Shown here: positions 39,701 through 49,031 of the stretch, one piece after another
How positions within the stretch are numbered: the first letter of the stretch is position 1
Layout: every line of letters begins with the position of its first letter
IMG/VR virus record: IMGVR_UViG_3300030202_000274
Location: 2,594-66,593 of that record
Origin: a virus
DNA: 64,000 nt
Strand: one strand, 5' to 3'
The notes under the pieces: model-generated
Seen by the model: only the letters and a program-made list of their open reading frames with translations
Told to the model about the DNA's origin: nothing
Database searches by the model: none
Made by a program: the position numbers and the translations under genes

Positions 39701-39924
39701 TTATCTTTTAATTGTAGATAATGATCTCTTGATTGTTGATTAAATTGAAATTGCCAATTTGCAGAAGCATCAACCTCAGCTTTTTTTCTAAATACATCTA
39801 TAGCTTCACTAATAGGTTTAGATATTTCTGCTGCTATAGTTGTGGTAGGAAATTTTGGAATACCAATATTATCAGCTACACTTGCTTTTAAACCAACTTG
39901 TTTTTTTGCTTGTTTTAATGCCAT
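36700..39924 (-). CDS. Internal virion protein with C-terminal lysozyme-like domain (phage B)
   Basis: 1074 aa; RTNN...FASPVDSIRA...MIEHE near the C-terminus. Confidence 0.6.
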   Translation of the reverse strand: MALKQAKKQVGLKASVADNIGIPKFPTTTIAAEISKPISEAIDVFRKKAEVDASANWQFQFNQQSRDHYLQLKDKFKFDPDGMRNAVDNYSKTVIASTPNVYKNIAQNILAQKNLANMSYATTNYNNREDQKALDGWNLTKDQTMVDAGSHLETINMNPNLTGLDINSFIGNDLLKTLNHNYGGAESTIVETNRYSGSQLKKDLDNDIIDLETLRVFSIIKKLGDVDGNKYFLNYAAGKDNLPITPDNVDNPIFQKYAKDITDPFKRSKIITKVKSLYDDYNSKNINQLKNAKIKYNLDGQQASGGILDVHKFANGANGNATNYVTNSMPGIDKDFDRAVEIVNKNINVQELVSKAANYEVIDKFEDNEQMELFKTALLRRYGIDDKNITDIDNPDLATVMELYKNQNIEPTAVLKKINKDYNVNFKTPGMIEDFKENLSLFNYIKSQDMFPYVTVENEHIYNAANKMGLSAMESNEIVAEKLNQIVGNKGNLEENYKKVSDNIDNNLDVAINNMKWTIEMQDINTDTWWLKKIFNKKVNKFSHMFIPESTSAWYKGLDMTPQVQQVWLNNIKTQLAYINGNSDIDITTDEGKQQFYKASIQALHSMNKQGYSATRLNGTGKVSMIKHGFEKEIGFTGQGFDSALMAQANYLKENLSKEEQIERFGFDPVGPSGKEQTPVNITDVMKRVIDENYKNLIIEPTGTFTGEGKDRKPNYHAKILYDDKLISLTQGDNFFDPTGLRSNMLIEKDLIEPVSAPETRNEIMQEIATKKFDLFMKKGLGRFIDGDSGTEKWLQKFFYGTTKTMIEASDYRFYPDFPLINDVPKEVKPFGFIFKALGKDIDVESYYNEAAEINNEVNEIISMDAQINKNRNFTDKQKLLESRFPPHKTSATEAALQKTYMQHVYNSYQDKSLPLTFRTNNYMAVMKTDQTWDGEMTDITTGNQAAIFASPVDSIRAAMRVMINNSTLIKNETTKRYGNNPTAEQILKVYAVDSEPYLNALEDKTNFTRDTAINFYDGNQMYQLIKFMIEHEMGSEAFNEYYPPQNQTLLDKMIFEGYTRGINSYGGKLGKLN

Positions 39925-40424
39925 TAATATTTATCTCCTGGATCATCTGTAAAATATTGACCTCTAGGTTGTCTTCCTTGATATGAGTCAGCATAAGATT
40001 TTGTTTTTAATGCTGATGCTGCTATACTTGCATAAGCTCCAAACTCTTTAGCTTTACCCATAACTTTTGTTGTATATATTTGACTTTCTATTTTAGATTC
40101 ACCTCTAAGTGTATTAATTTTTATATTGGTTACATCTTTTGTTGCTATTCTATCTATTTCAGATTGAGTAGATAGAAAACTTCTACTATCATCATTGTAA
40201 CCAGAACCTGCAACTATAGCTAAATTTTGTTTACGTTTTCTTCTAGCTTCTTCTAATACATCATTAGAATCTTGTAATCCTTTTAACTGATTGTATTTTT
40301 TTTCTGTTTCATATTCTTTTATAATAGCTTTGTTAGTTGCTTTTTGAGCTTGTATTTGTGAATAAGTTCCAACTGCTTGTACAACAGTACTAGCAATAGC
40401 TAATGTAACAGGATCAGCACTCAT
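39924..40424 (-). CDS. Internal virion protein (gp14-like, phage B)
   Basis: DPVTLAIAS hydrophobic N-terminus, AGSG. Confidence 0.65.
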   Translation of the reverse strand: MSADPVTLAIASTVVQAVGTYSQIQAQKATNKAIIKEYETEKKYNQLKGLQDSNDVLEEARRKRKQNLAIVAGSGYNDDSRSFLSTQSEIDRIATKDVTNIKINTLRGESKIESQIYTTKVMGKAKEFGAYASIAASALKTKSYADSYQGRQPRGQYFTDDPGDKY

Positions 40425-42631
40425 GCAAAAACTACCTCCACACTCATTCCTAATATTTTAATTGGTAACGGATCATCTTGAGATAATGTTACTGTTGGAC
40501 TTTTGCTATAACCTAAAAAGAAAAATTCTTTTTTGTCTGTTACAGGTGTTAAGTCAGAACCACCAGTGAAGTTAACTTGTTGGACTACTAAAGATTTAGA
40601 GGTTGTGTCTGCAGCTTTGACAGTTAAATCTAAAGCAGAATTAATATCAATGATGGCTCTTGAGATTCTTCTTGGTAAACCAGTTAATGGTCCTTCGGGT
40701 AATTCTTTGTCTATTGGCATAGTTTCAATAATAGGTGTATAGTTAAATCCAATTTTTACTCCAGTTCCTCTTGGAGAGTTTAATGTAATAGTATCTGTAC
40801 CACTAACAGTAAACGCACCTAATGAACTATTACCTTCTACTGCATTAACAGACTCATTGGTGTAAATACCATTTACAGAATGAAAATATCCTTTAACAAT
40901 TGTAACAACAGCATTATCTGCTGGAGTTGCTGCTAAGTTTTGATCTAAGTTAAGATCATAAGATCCACCACCATTATTTGTAACAGCTTGTATAGTATAT
41001 TCAGTAGAGTTTCCTGCAATAGTAAATGTTTCATTAATTTGTGGATCAGAAGTAAATCCATCTATTTTTACTACAGCTCCAGATTGACTAGCACCCTGTA
41101 CTAATGGTGTACCTCTTTGACTTACTGTTGATGTTGTTTGCATATCTAATGTAATACTATCATCATCTCCAAATTTTTCTAGTGTATATACTGTAGATCC
41201 ATTTAATTGTCTTTTAACAATACATACTAAAAATTCATTTAATGTAATTACAGATTGATATAAATCATTTTCTTTAGTTGTCCAAAGTCCCCATCCTGCT
41301 ATTTTTTCATCTCTAACAGAATGAAATATAGCCATACTTCCTGGAAGTGTACTTCCGTTATTTAAAAAAAACGCATACTGTTCTGGTCTAGTAAAGTTAC
41401 CTTTTATAATGGCTACTTGTTTTGGATTATCTATTAAATGTTCTGCAAGTATTGATACCGAAGTTGATTTATATCCATCTTCAATATCTGAATAAACAAA
41501 TTCTCTTACAGCTTTACCATTTTTTTGAACAAAACCTGCTGCTTGATCAAACATAACAGGAGCTGTTCTACTAATACCATAAGGTGTTTGTCTTAATACT
41601 GATACATTTCCAGGAGTAATAGTATTATCATTTGCTCTTGGAATATAATATTCACCACCATCTGTAAATACTTGTAAGTCTTTTCCAGACAACATATGTC
41701 TAACTTCATTAACTTCTGAACCTGCAATATCTAAATCAATAGCTTCATCTGCTTGACCTGTTCCTACACTAAAATTAAAATACTCAGATATTCTAGAAGC
41801 TAATATACCAGCAGGTCTAGACTTTAAACCACCTAACCATAGTCTGTTATTATGAAAAGTTACTGCTTGTGGAAATCCTCTTTTGGTAGATATAGATTGT
41901 TCTGCCCAATCAAAATGTGGACCAGCACTACCCATGTCTTCAATAATAGTAATAGTAACTTCTGTAGCAGAAGTAAAACCAGTTATCTTACCTTGTTTTT
42001 TATTTATTTCTATATAATCCCCAACTTGATTACTTGTAAAAGCATCAGCACTTGCAGTTACAGTTCTACCTGTTCCTGTTGCATGAGAAGATAAACTTAC
42101 ACTAATAGAACTAGAAGCATATTTATAAAATGGTCTAGTTGTTTTATTAACACCACTTACAGTTACTGAATCATCATCATCAAATGCAAATACTGATACT
42201 GTAAACGAAGTTGCAGATTCTCTAAATAATCTTCTTGTTTCATTATCTCTATGTGTAATAAAAATAGTATCGCCAAATTGAGCAAAGTTTAATTCAAATA
42301 GTTGAGCTGTAGTCCAATTGCAATTAGTTGTATAGTTAGATACTATTGCACTACCATTAATATTATAAACATCCATTCTTTGATTAGATAAAACAATAAT
42401 AGCTATTTCATCATCAGAAAATACAAATGGAATTAATCTAGACTCAGCAGGTAATGTTGCTAAATATGTAGTTCCTGGTCTTCTCATAAGACCACCTTCT
42501 GCTAATAATGCAAAGTTTCTACATTGTTTAGCTCCATTTGAATAAGCAGGTGTATCTATTCTGGTAGCTAATAATGGATTAAGCTCTCCAGAAGAAAAAT
42601 TGGTTAATACAGTTTTTAATGTTCTTGCCAT
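40421..42631 (-). CDS. Tail tubular protein B / nozzle (phage B)
   Basis: NFSSGELNP, RRPGT, FHNNRLW, DPLPIKIL. Confidence 0.85.
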   Translation of the reverse strand: MARTLKTVLTNFSSGELNPLLATRIDTPAYSNGAKQCRNFALLAEGGLMRRPGTTYLATLPAESRLIPFVFSDDEIAIIVLSNQRMDVYNINGSAIVSNYTTNCNWTTAQLFELNFAQFGDTIFITHRDNETRRLFRESATSFTVSVFAFDDDDSVTVSGVNKTTRPFYKYASSSISVSLSSHATGTGRTVTASADAFTSNQVGDYIEINKKQGKITGFTSATEVTITIIEDMGSAGPHFDWAEQSISTKRGFPQAVTFHNNRLWLGGLKSRPAGILASRISEYFNFSVGTGQADEAIDLDIAGSEVNEVRHMLSGKDLQVFTDGGEYYIPRANDNTITPGNVSVLRQTPYGISRTAPVMFDQAAGFVQKNGKAVREFVYSDIEDGYKSTSVSILAEHLIDNPKQVAIIKGNFTRPEQYAFFLNNGSTLPGSMAIFHSVRDEKIAGWGLWTTKENDLYQSVITLNEFLVCIVKRQLNGSTVYTLEKFGDDDSITLDMQTTSTVSQRGTPLVQGASQSGAVVKIDGFTSDPQINETFTIAGNSTEYTIQAVTNNGGGSYDLNLDQNLAATPADNAVVTIVKGYFHSVNGIYTNESVNAVEGNSSLGAFTVSGTDTITLNSPRGTGVKIGFNYTPIIETMPIDKELPEGPLTGLPRRISRAIIDINSALDLTVKAADTTSKSLVVQQVNFTGGSDLTPVTDKKEFFFLGYSKSPTVTLSQDDPLPIKILGMSVEVVFA

Positions 42632-43230
42632 TATACATCAGTTCTCGTAGAGTTTCTTAAATTAATAAATCTAGAAGTATCTAGTTTTCTAGTAGTTACT
42701 TCTGCTGTATCTATATTTTTAGATATTAAAAATTGTCTATCAGACATTTGTTTAAATTGATTAATCATACCTGCATCTCTAGCAACTGAACCTGCAAATA
42801 AAGAAGCAAGTTCATATTCTAAAGCTAATCTAAAATGAGCTGGAAAATAATCTTCTTCTACTCTGTAAATATAATCCAATACTAAATTATGATTTGCACC
42901 ATAAGTATTAACATAAATCATATTCTTATATCTTGTATAAGGAATAATATAATCGTTAACTGTTAATGTATTAATTTGTAGTACTCCAGGATCAGCAGGT
43001 AACTGATAAGCATATTCATATCTTCCTACTGGAGCTGTAGATAATAGTGATAATGTTTTTTGATTAGTTGCAAACTTCCATCTATGTCTAGTTAGACAAG
43101 CTTGTACAATGTCTTCATAAACATTAGAAGCAACTAAAGCTTCTGTAGATCCATCCTCAAAGGAAGATATAGGTTGTGCGCCTATCATTACTAAAGCTCT
43201 TGCACATATATCTACTTTTGATGTTGCCAT
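42631..43230 (-). CDS. Tail tubular protein A / adaptor (phage B)
   Basis: VDICARALVMIG...HRWKFA...YQLPAD. Confidence 0.85.
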   Translation of the reverse strand: MATSKVDICARALVMIGAQPISSFEDGSTEALVASNVYEDIVQACLTRHRWKFATNQKTLSLLSTAPVGRYEYAYQLPADPGVLQINTLTVNDYIIPYTRYKNMIYVNTYGANHNLVLDYIYRVEEDYFPAHFRLALEYELASLFAGSVARDAGMINQFKQMSDRQFLISKNIDTAEVTTRKLDTSRFINLRNSTRTDV

Positions 43231-43233
43231 TTA

Positions 43234-43425
43234 TTATTTTTTAAAATTTTTATTTCCTCTTAAAATTTTTAATTCAATATCGTTCATAGCTTTAATTTCT
43301 TTATTAGTAGCTTTTGCATTTCCTAAAGTTACCATATTTCTTAATCCATAAGTTTGAACAATTGCTGCATCTTTTGCATCAGAATAAAAATTTTTTAAAA
43401 TATTATTTTTATTTTTTTTAGTCAT
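43234..43425 (-). CDS. Hypothetical protein
   Basis: AAGGA RBS. Confidence 0.45.
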   Translation of the reverse strand: MTKKNKNNILKNFYSDAKDAAIVQTYGLRNMVTLGNAKATNKEIKAMNDIELKILRGNKNFKK

Positions 43426-43446
43426 TATATTTCCTTATTTTAATTT

Positions 43447-43480
43447 ATAAAATTGAGGGCGAAATTAATCGCCCCCAAAA
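43447..43480 (-). terminator. Rho-independent terminator after capsid genes
   Basis: TTGGGGGCGA-loop-TCGCCCTCAA then TTTT on the minus strand. Confidence 0.6.
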
Positions 43481-43493
43481 TATCTTTAAACGA

Positions 43494-43745
43494 TTATGAT
43501 CCGTTTACGACAGTTACTGTAGCAGCACCTGTTGCAGAAGACACTACAAGAATGTCTACTGTTTGAGTACCACCATTTGAACCAACGCAAAGAATAATAT
43601 CATTTTCTTTTAAGTTCTCAGTTGCTGAGTTGAAGTAACCAGAAGCAGCTATTGTAGCAATAGCATCTCCATCTGTATAAAAGAATACAGAGTTACCACC
43701 AGCTTCAGCAATCTTTTTGATTGGGTTTGCAGTTTCGTAAGCCAT
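43494..43745 (-). CDS. Capsid decoration protein (putative)
   Basis: Small Ala/Thr-rich protein after MCP; ASGYFN motif; strong RBS. Confidence 0.6.
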   Translation of the reverse strand: MAYETANPIKKIAEAGGNSVFFYTDGDAIATIAASGYFNSATENLKENDIILCVGSNGGTQTVDILVVSSATGAATVTVVNGS

Positions 43746-43754
43746 ATATTCTCC

Positions 43755-44585
43755 TTATTCAGCACATTTTTGAACTCTAATACCATCAGTATCAATTAAT
43801 GTACCGCCTATGCTTAGCATAGAAGTAATTAAATGAGAAACTTTTTCTGGTATGTAGTTCACTTCAGTTTTAACATCAGAACCAACTCCTAAGCCTAATG
43901 ATGATTTGTGGAAAGCCACAGTATGTCTATCAGTAGAACCAGAAGTTTCTAGTCCACTGTGTACAAACCATAAGAATCCTAACCATCTTTTAGCAGTCAT
44001 TCCTCCAGCATATGGAAGCTCACCTTCGCCTACATATTCAACTCTAGAGAATTGATCTAGGTTAATTAGGTCAGACCATTGTTTTGGTCCTACTACCCAA
44101 TATCTTTGTTGGTCATCTGGTACATCATTAGTATTGAAAAGTTCCATCATAGCTTGAGCTTTTCCTAAGTTCATTCCAGTACCTGTTCCAGATGAGTTGT
44201 TTGCAAGAGTTGTAGCACCATTCATAATCCCAGTTAATACACTGTCAGTTTTTCTACCTAAAGCGTATGCTGCAGATTGTGCAACTACTTGTCTTTCGTC
44301 AATGTTTACCTTTAACTCGTCTAGCTTGTCAACGTAATCAGCTGCATAGTAATCAGTTAAAGTTGCTGACACATTGCTGTGTGATAGATCCATTGCAACT
44401 ACTTCAGCATGTCTTGCTTTAGTGTTTGCAGAACCTTTTGCAACTTTCTGAAACTTAACAGTGTTACCATTAACGCCATTCACAGTTCTTACTAAGTTCT
44501 TTAACTTAGAACCCATTCTTTGATAAGCCATGTGAACTTCTGCTTCAAACTGAGTAATAAAGGCATTTGTTATTGATGTTGCCAT
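43755..44585 (-). CDS. Major capsid protein (phage B)
   Basis: AFITQFEAEV...DKLDELK...ALGRKTD...WLGF; distant homologue of MCP A. Confidence 0.9.
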   Translation of the reverse strand: MATSITNAFITQFEAEVHMAYQRMGSKLKNLVRTVNGVNGNTVKFQKVAKGSANTKARHAEVVAMDLSHSNVSATLTDYYAADYVDKLDELKVNIDERQVVAQSAAYALGRKTDSVLTGIMNGATTLANNSSGTGTGMNLGKAQAMMELFNTNDVPDDQQRYWVVGPKQWSDLINLDQFSRVEYVGEGELPYAGGMTAKRWLGFLWFVHSGLETSGSTDRHTVAFHKSSLGLGVGSDVKTEVNYIPEKVSHLITSMLSIGGTLIDTDGIRVQKCAE

Positions 44586-44735
44586 TTTATTGTCCTTTGT
44601 TTGTTGTTAAGTTACGTTTGTTATCCGATTATCTTACAAATGCAGTGGTTTGTTATCCAATTAAGGGCAAACATTAAACATTTTTAAGGTCTTGATATAG
44701 AAATAGATTTGTTTAATTGTTTAAACAACGCACAA

Positions 44736-44999
44736 TTACATCCATATTTTAGGAATAGTAATTACTTCTCCAAACTCTATATTACCTTTTTTGTCATAAG
44801 AATATGTACCAAATAATGTAATATATTTTTTGGTTTCTTTGTATATCCACATTTGACTAGATACAGCTTTAGCTGGTTCATGATCATCCATATCGGATTT
44901 ATTAATCCAACCTGTTTCACTAACTGCATCTAGCCAATGCAAATCTTTTTTAAGTTTTTTATACTTAAATTTATTTTTTTGTTTCGTATGCTTTTTCAT
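44736..44999 (-). CDS. Hypothetical protein (homologous to 21101..21379)
   Basis: WLDAVSETGW...ITIPK. Confidence 0.55.
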   Translation of the reverse strand: MKKHTKQKNKFKYKKLKKDLHWLDAVSETGWINKSDMDDHEPAKAVSSQMWIYKETKKYITLFGTYSYDKKGNIEFGEVITIPKIWM

Positions 45000-45717
45000 A
45001 CAGTTCTGTTACACGTTTAATATAAGCATCATCCCTTTTATTAGAATCATAATATCTAGGATCATTCATCATAGATTTAAGATCTGCAAAATCTGGAGTA
45101 ACAGATACTTGTGTAGGTGTAGTAGGCATAGGACTATCTTTAGTCATTTTCATTATTTCTTCTATTGCTTTTACACCTTCAGCTGTTGATGCTATACTTG
45201 AAAAAGTATTGTAAGCTTCTGGTGATAAGTTTTTCTTAGACCAAAGCTCTGCAGCTTCAACTCTTTCTTTTGAGTTGTCACCTAACTTTTGCATTTCAGC
45301 ATTAACATCTGGTAAAGTTGCCATTGCATTATCAATAAATACTTTAACACCTTCATCAAATTGTTCTTGAGATAAACCATTTTGTTTAGCTGTTTCTTTC
45401 CACCATTGTACTATTTCCATATCATCTGATACAGATACATCTACATTTTCTGGAAGTTCTGGAACATTAACTTTATATTCTTCTGGTACTTTACCAAGTC
45501 TTTCTTGTTCTAAATCTTGTCTAACTTGTTTAGACAGATCTTCTGTTCTTGAGCCTAATTTTTTTTCAAGAGCATTATAACTAGAAGCTAAGTTTTCTAA
45601 ATTAACTTCTTTTCTATCAGCATCCCAAAATTTATCTTGTACATATTCTGGTTTATCACTGACAGTTTGTTCTTGCGTTTCTGTGGTGATTGGTGCTGTT
45701 GCATTATCATCTACCAT
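44971..45717 (-). CDS. Capsid scaffolding protein (phage B)
   Basis: KPEYVQDKFW, SY..LEKKLG, P.EY, MNDPRY. Confidence 0.8.
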   Translation of the reverse strand: MVDDNATAPITTETQEQTVSDKPEYVQDKFWDADRKEVNLENLASSYNALEKKLGSRTEDLSKQVRQDLEQERLGKVPEEYKVNVPELPENVDVSVSDDMEIVQWWKETAKQNGLSQEQFDEGVKVFIDNAMATLPDVNAEMQKLGDNSKERVEAAELWSKKNLSPEAYNTFSSIASTAEGVKAIEEIMKMTKDSPMPTTPTQVSVTPDFADLKSMMNDPRYYDSNKRDDAYIKRVTELYEKAYETKK

Positions 45718-45988
45718 CTTGTTCTCCTTTTTTTATTCTTGTTTGTATTACAGCTGTTAGGAATCTCATTCCTTCTAAATGAAATAATCCATTGCTATCT
45801 ATATTAGGACCAGCAACTGCTTCAGTTGTAATTGATTTAATATACTCAAGAATTTTTTTTCCATCATCATTCTTAAATACACCTGCAAATAATTTATTAA
45901 GATTACGTTCTTCTTCTTCTGTTCTTACGTAACCATCAATAGATTTTGCAGGAATTGGTCTTTTTTCTTTAAGTCCATCCCAACTCAT
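45707..45988 (-). CDS. Small post-portal protein (Bbp19-like)
   Basis: DGKKILEY...HLEGMR. Confidence 0.65.
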   Translation of the reverse strand: MSWDGLKEKRPIPAKSIDGYVRTEEEERNLNKLFAGVFKNDDGKKILEYIKSITTEAVAGPNIDSNGLFHLEGMRFLTAVIQTRIKKGEQDGR

Positions 45989-47538
45989 TATTGTGGTATT
46001 TCTCCTTCTTTCGGTGCAGTTTGTAACTGACTAATCTGTTGGACTATTTGTCTTTGTTCTTCTTCATCACGAATAAGTTTTTCAGGCAAATTCATTTTTT
46101 GTGCTAGATACTTAGCAGTTTCATTTTGATTAACAATAACATTAATCATTTGTGGGCCAAATGTACCTGCAATAATTTCATTAAATCTATTTATATCAGA
46201 AACATCTTGCATATGTTGTGCTTTAGCTAATGGAGATCTAGCAGCAATCTTTACTTCTCTACCATTAACTTTAGGTAGTTCTATTCTACCTTGTTTAGAT
46301 AATAATCTAATAATTCTTTTTAATAACGGATGTATAAATTCAGATTGTAGTCTTCCAAAAGAAGAACCTATTTGTCTTGATAGATCTGCCATTCTTTCAG
46401 AAACTTCTGTTGCTGTCATTGGAGTTCCTTCTGGTCTTCCAAGAGCTTCCATGTATAAAGCTTTTTTAATATTCTGCCTCATGTCTTGTAATACTAACTG
46501 AGCTACATCAAAATTAGATGCAGACTGTATAGCACTTAATCCTCTTGATCCTGGAGCTACTGGTATTAAAGATCCAGGTACTAATGCAATATTGTCTGGA
46601 TTAATTACACCATCATCTTCATAAGTATAAACTCCAGATACTGACATCTGTGCATTTTGTAATATTAGCTCAACAGTTAAGTTACAAGTTTTAATTGCCC
46701 CCATAGCATTAAATACTGGCCCTCTACCATAAACTTCACCAGATGCTTTATTCCATCTAAATACTAAATATGGATTAGATCCTTCTCCAGAATATTCTTC
46801 TTCAAATATAACTGCTTTAGGATTTTCTAATACAACACAATATTTATATTTTTCTTCATTGTCTTGATGTATTTTATATACAGCTTCTATAATTGTTAAT
46901 TCTTTTTTTTGTTGTAACAAATCAAAATTTTCTGGCATTACAGCTTTAGGATATAAAACTTTAACGTGTTCTGGTTTTACTTTTCTAGTTCTATAGACTG
47001 TATCAATCTTTCCGTCTGGGCCATTTAATAAACATACTTTAGGTAATGGTACAGCTGTAAATTTAACAGGATTAACAGCATCACCTTCTTCTACTAACAT
47101 ACATCCAGTACCAACAGCTAGATCCATAAATGCTTCATGTACTTCTTGATTAAAGTTTGAGTTTTGTAATACTTCAAAAACGTATTCAGTAATTTTATCT
47201 AACTGTAAATTAACTTGTGATTTTTGTTCTTCTGGTATTTCAACACCTGCTTGAAAATCTGCCCATCTTGCAAATGTAGGTACGATACCAGATTGTAATC
47301 TTGATGCAAATTCTTGTACACCAACTACAGCAGTTTCATCAAAAATCTTATCAGTTCTTTTTTGTCCTGGTGATTCTTCATAAAAAGATTCTCTATTAGG
47401 TAAACAATACTCATAGGCTTCTTCAAATTTTTCTCTCCAATGATCTTTTACAGATACAGCTTCTTTGTATTTTTCTAAGATACCTGCTGCTTTGTCTGAT
47501 GTATTTATTATTGGTGTATCGTCTATTGTGTAATCCAT
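45988..47538 (-). CDS. Portal / head-tail connector (phage B)
   Basis: GEVYGRGP, MTATEV, FGRLQSEF, SPLAKAQ. Confidence 0.92.
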   Translation of the reverse strand: MDYTIDDTPIINTSDKAAGILEKYKEAVSVKDHWREKFEEAYEYCLPNRESFYEESPGQKRTDKIFDETAVVGVQEFASRLQSGIVPTFARWADFQAGVEIPEEQKSQVNLQLDKITEYVFEVLQNSNFNQEVHEAFMDLAVGTGCMLVEEGDAVNPVKFTAVPLPKVCLLNGPDGKIDTVYRTRKVKPEHVKVLYPKAVMPENFDLLQQKKELTIIEAVYKIHQDNEEKYKYCVVLENPKAVIFEEEYSGEGSNPYLVFRWNKASGEVYGRGPVFNAMGAIKTCNLTVELILQNAQMSVSGVYTYEDDGVINPDNIALVPGSLIPVAPGSRGLSAIQSASNFDVAQLVLQDMRQNIKKALYMEALGRPEGTPMTATEVSERMADLSRQIGSSFGRLQSEFIHPLLKRIIRLLSKQGRIELPKVNGREVKIAARSPLAKAQHMQDVSDINRFNEIIAGTFGPQMINVIVNQNETAKYLAQKMNLPEKLIRDEEEQRQIVQQISQLQTAPKEGEIPQ

Positions 47539-47614
47539 TATTTTTTACTCCACTTATTTTTAAGTTCTACAATAAAAACTTTTATTTTAAAAATAATTTT
47601 ATTTATATATTTCA

Positions 47615-47989
47615 TCATCTAAATCTTTTAGTTTTCGCTGCGATACTTTTAGGTTGTTTAACGAATTGTTTTCCTTTTTTATTTCCACGTGCTTTAGCTG
47701 CGTTAGTTGCTGACTTTTCTTTAGCCGTAAGAGCTTTCCAAGCTTTCTTAGGTAAATATCTTCGTTTGCCTTCTGATTTTTTACCACTGCTTGTTTGCCA
47801 TTTTTGTTTACCCCATTTGGTAAGTTTGTTTGATGAAGACTTAGATCCTCTATAGCCTCCACCTGCTTTTTTATAAATCTTGACAGCAAGTTGCATAGCC
47901 CTAGCACTGTGTTTTCCTCCCATTCTTGCTTTGGCTTGAGCTTTAGCTCTTGCCCATAAAGCAGGTTTAGTTTTCTTTGCAGTAGCCAT
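47615..47989 (-). CDS. DUF5872-like basic protein
   Basis: SARAMQLA..YKKAGGGY...W..QKW...RYLPKKAW. Confidence 0.7.
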   Translation of the reverse strand: MATAKKTKPALWARAKAQAKARMGGKHSARAMQLAVKIYKKAGGGYRGSKSSSNKLTKWGKQKWQTSSGKKSEGKRRYLPKKAWKALTAKEKSATNAAKARGNKKGKQFVKQPKSIAAKTKRFR

Positions 47990-48264
47990 TAAGCTTTCTT
48001 CTTATGCCTATTTGCAAAGTTTCTTGCAGCAGCTACACTACCGAAACCCCAAGCTTTTAATGCTAAAGCTTTTCTTGTAGGTCTGCCTTTACTATCTTTC
48101 ATTGGTCCTTTCATTCCTGCAAACCTTGCAGCGAATGATACTCTACGAGGATTAGTTCCTTTTTTAACAGGAGCTTTTAAGTTTGCACCTTCTTTACGTT
48201 TAAAGAAAGCTCTACCTCTAGCATTAAGTCCCCCTTTTGGATTTTGATAAACTTTAGCTACCAT
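47989..48264 (-). CDS. DUF6321-like basic protein
   Basis: NPKGGLNARGR...RRVSFAARF; homologue of 24901..25152. Confidence 0.7.
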   Translation of the reverse strand: MVAKVYQNPKGGLNARGRAFFKRKEGANLKAPVKKGTNPRRVSFAARFAGMKGPMKDSKGRPTRKALALKAWGFGSVAAARNFANRHKKKA

Positions 48265-48461
48265 TATCCAAAGAAACCTCTGCCACCTGCTTGACTAAAT
48301 AAAGATCTAGTACCAATAACTCCTCTAGCAACTTTTTTTTCATAAATATCTTGTTCTTTTTTTATTTCTTTAGCTCGTATTTCTTCTTGCTTTCTTGCTT
48401 CTTCAATTGCAGGATCTGCTTTTGATGGTGGTGGTGCTTTTGGTTTAAATACTGAACCCAT
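48264..48461 (-). CDS. Small pre-portal virion protein
   Basis: MGSVFKPKAPPP; homologue of 12661..12882. Confidence 0.65.
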   Translation of the reverse strand: MGSVFKPKAPPPSKADPAIEEARKQEEIRAKEIKKEQDIYEKKVARGVIGTRSLFSQAGGRGFFG

Positions 48462-48619
48462 TATAACTCCTCATCATCCATATCATCAAAATCATAAGAA
48501 GTTAACGAACCCATATTAGCTTCCATTTCTCTTAAAAGATCATCTTCTTGATCATGAAGATCTCTCATCTCGTCAATGATTTCTTGTACAGATTTTTGTT
48601 TTTTTTTAATTTTTGACAT
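48461..48619 (-). CDS. Small acidic protein (52 aa, not in ORF track)
   Basis: MSKIKKKQKSVQEIIDEMRDLHDQEDD...DDEEL. Confidence 0.55.
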   Translation of the reverse strand: MSKIKKKQKSVQEIIDEMRDLHDQEDDLLREMEANMGSLTSYDFDDMDDEEL

Positions 48620-49031
48620 TTGGATCCTTAATTTTTTGATTAAATGACTTATATCCTGCTTTTATCAACGCACAATAAAGCTGATAAGGAGTAAGGATAT
48701 ACCATTTATAAAATCCTATTAAACGCATTATAAATGAAACACAGGTCATATCTTTAATTCTAAAGAGCTGCCATTGTTCTTTTTCTGGACATCTTAATAC
48801 TTCATAGTCTTTCAAATAGAATAACATATCTTCAAGTTCTTCTGGAGATAGTAAACTATGTTTTATTCCTGCATGAGTGTATTCTAAATGAATCCATACA
48901 TTTTTTTCTGGATCAAAGTTTAAAGCACCACAATGTTTAAAACCTTTTTTTAAAAACTGTAACCATTCTGGATAAGGATATTCATCTGCTTCATAAAAAT
49001 ATACTAACCATTCCTTTTGAATATGTCCCAT
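48606..49031 (-). CDS. Permuted papain/NlpC-P60-like protein
   Basis: GFKHC...TCVSF...TPYQLY, His before Cys. Confidence 0.5.
   Translation of the reverse strand: MGHIQKEWLVYFYEADEYPYPEWLQFLKKGFKHCGALNFDPEKNVWIHLEYTHAGIKHSLLSPEELEDMLFYLKDYEVLRCPEKEQWQLFRIKDMTCVSFIMRLIGFYKWYILTPYQLYCALIKAGYKSFNQKIKDPNVKN

Noticed and set aside
47499-47907. ORFs 47499..47855 (+) and 47599..47907 (-)
   Set aside because: Alternative frames over the DUF5872-like gene, which has recognisable motifs
26760-48050. TDCCGAA copies within minus-strand structural genes as part of the oriented motif
   Set aside because: Sparse, and several are explained by TTC-GGN (Phe-Gly) codon pairs, so they were not counted
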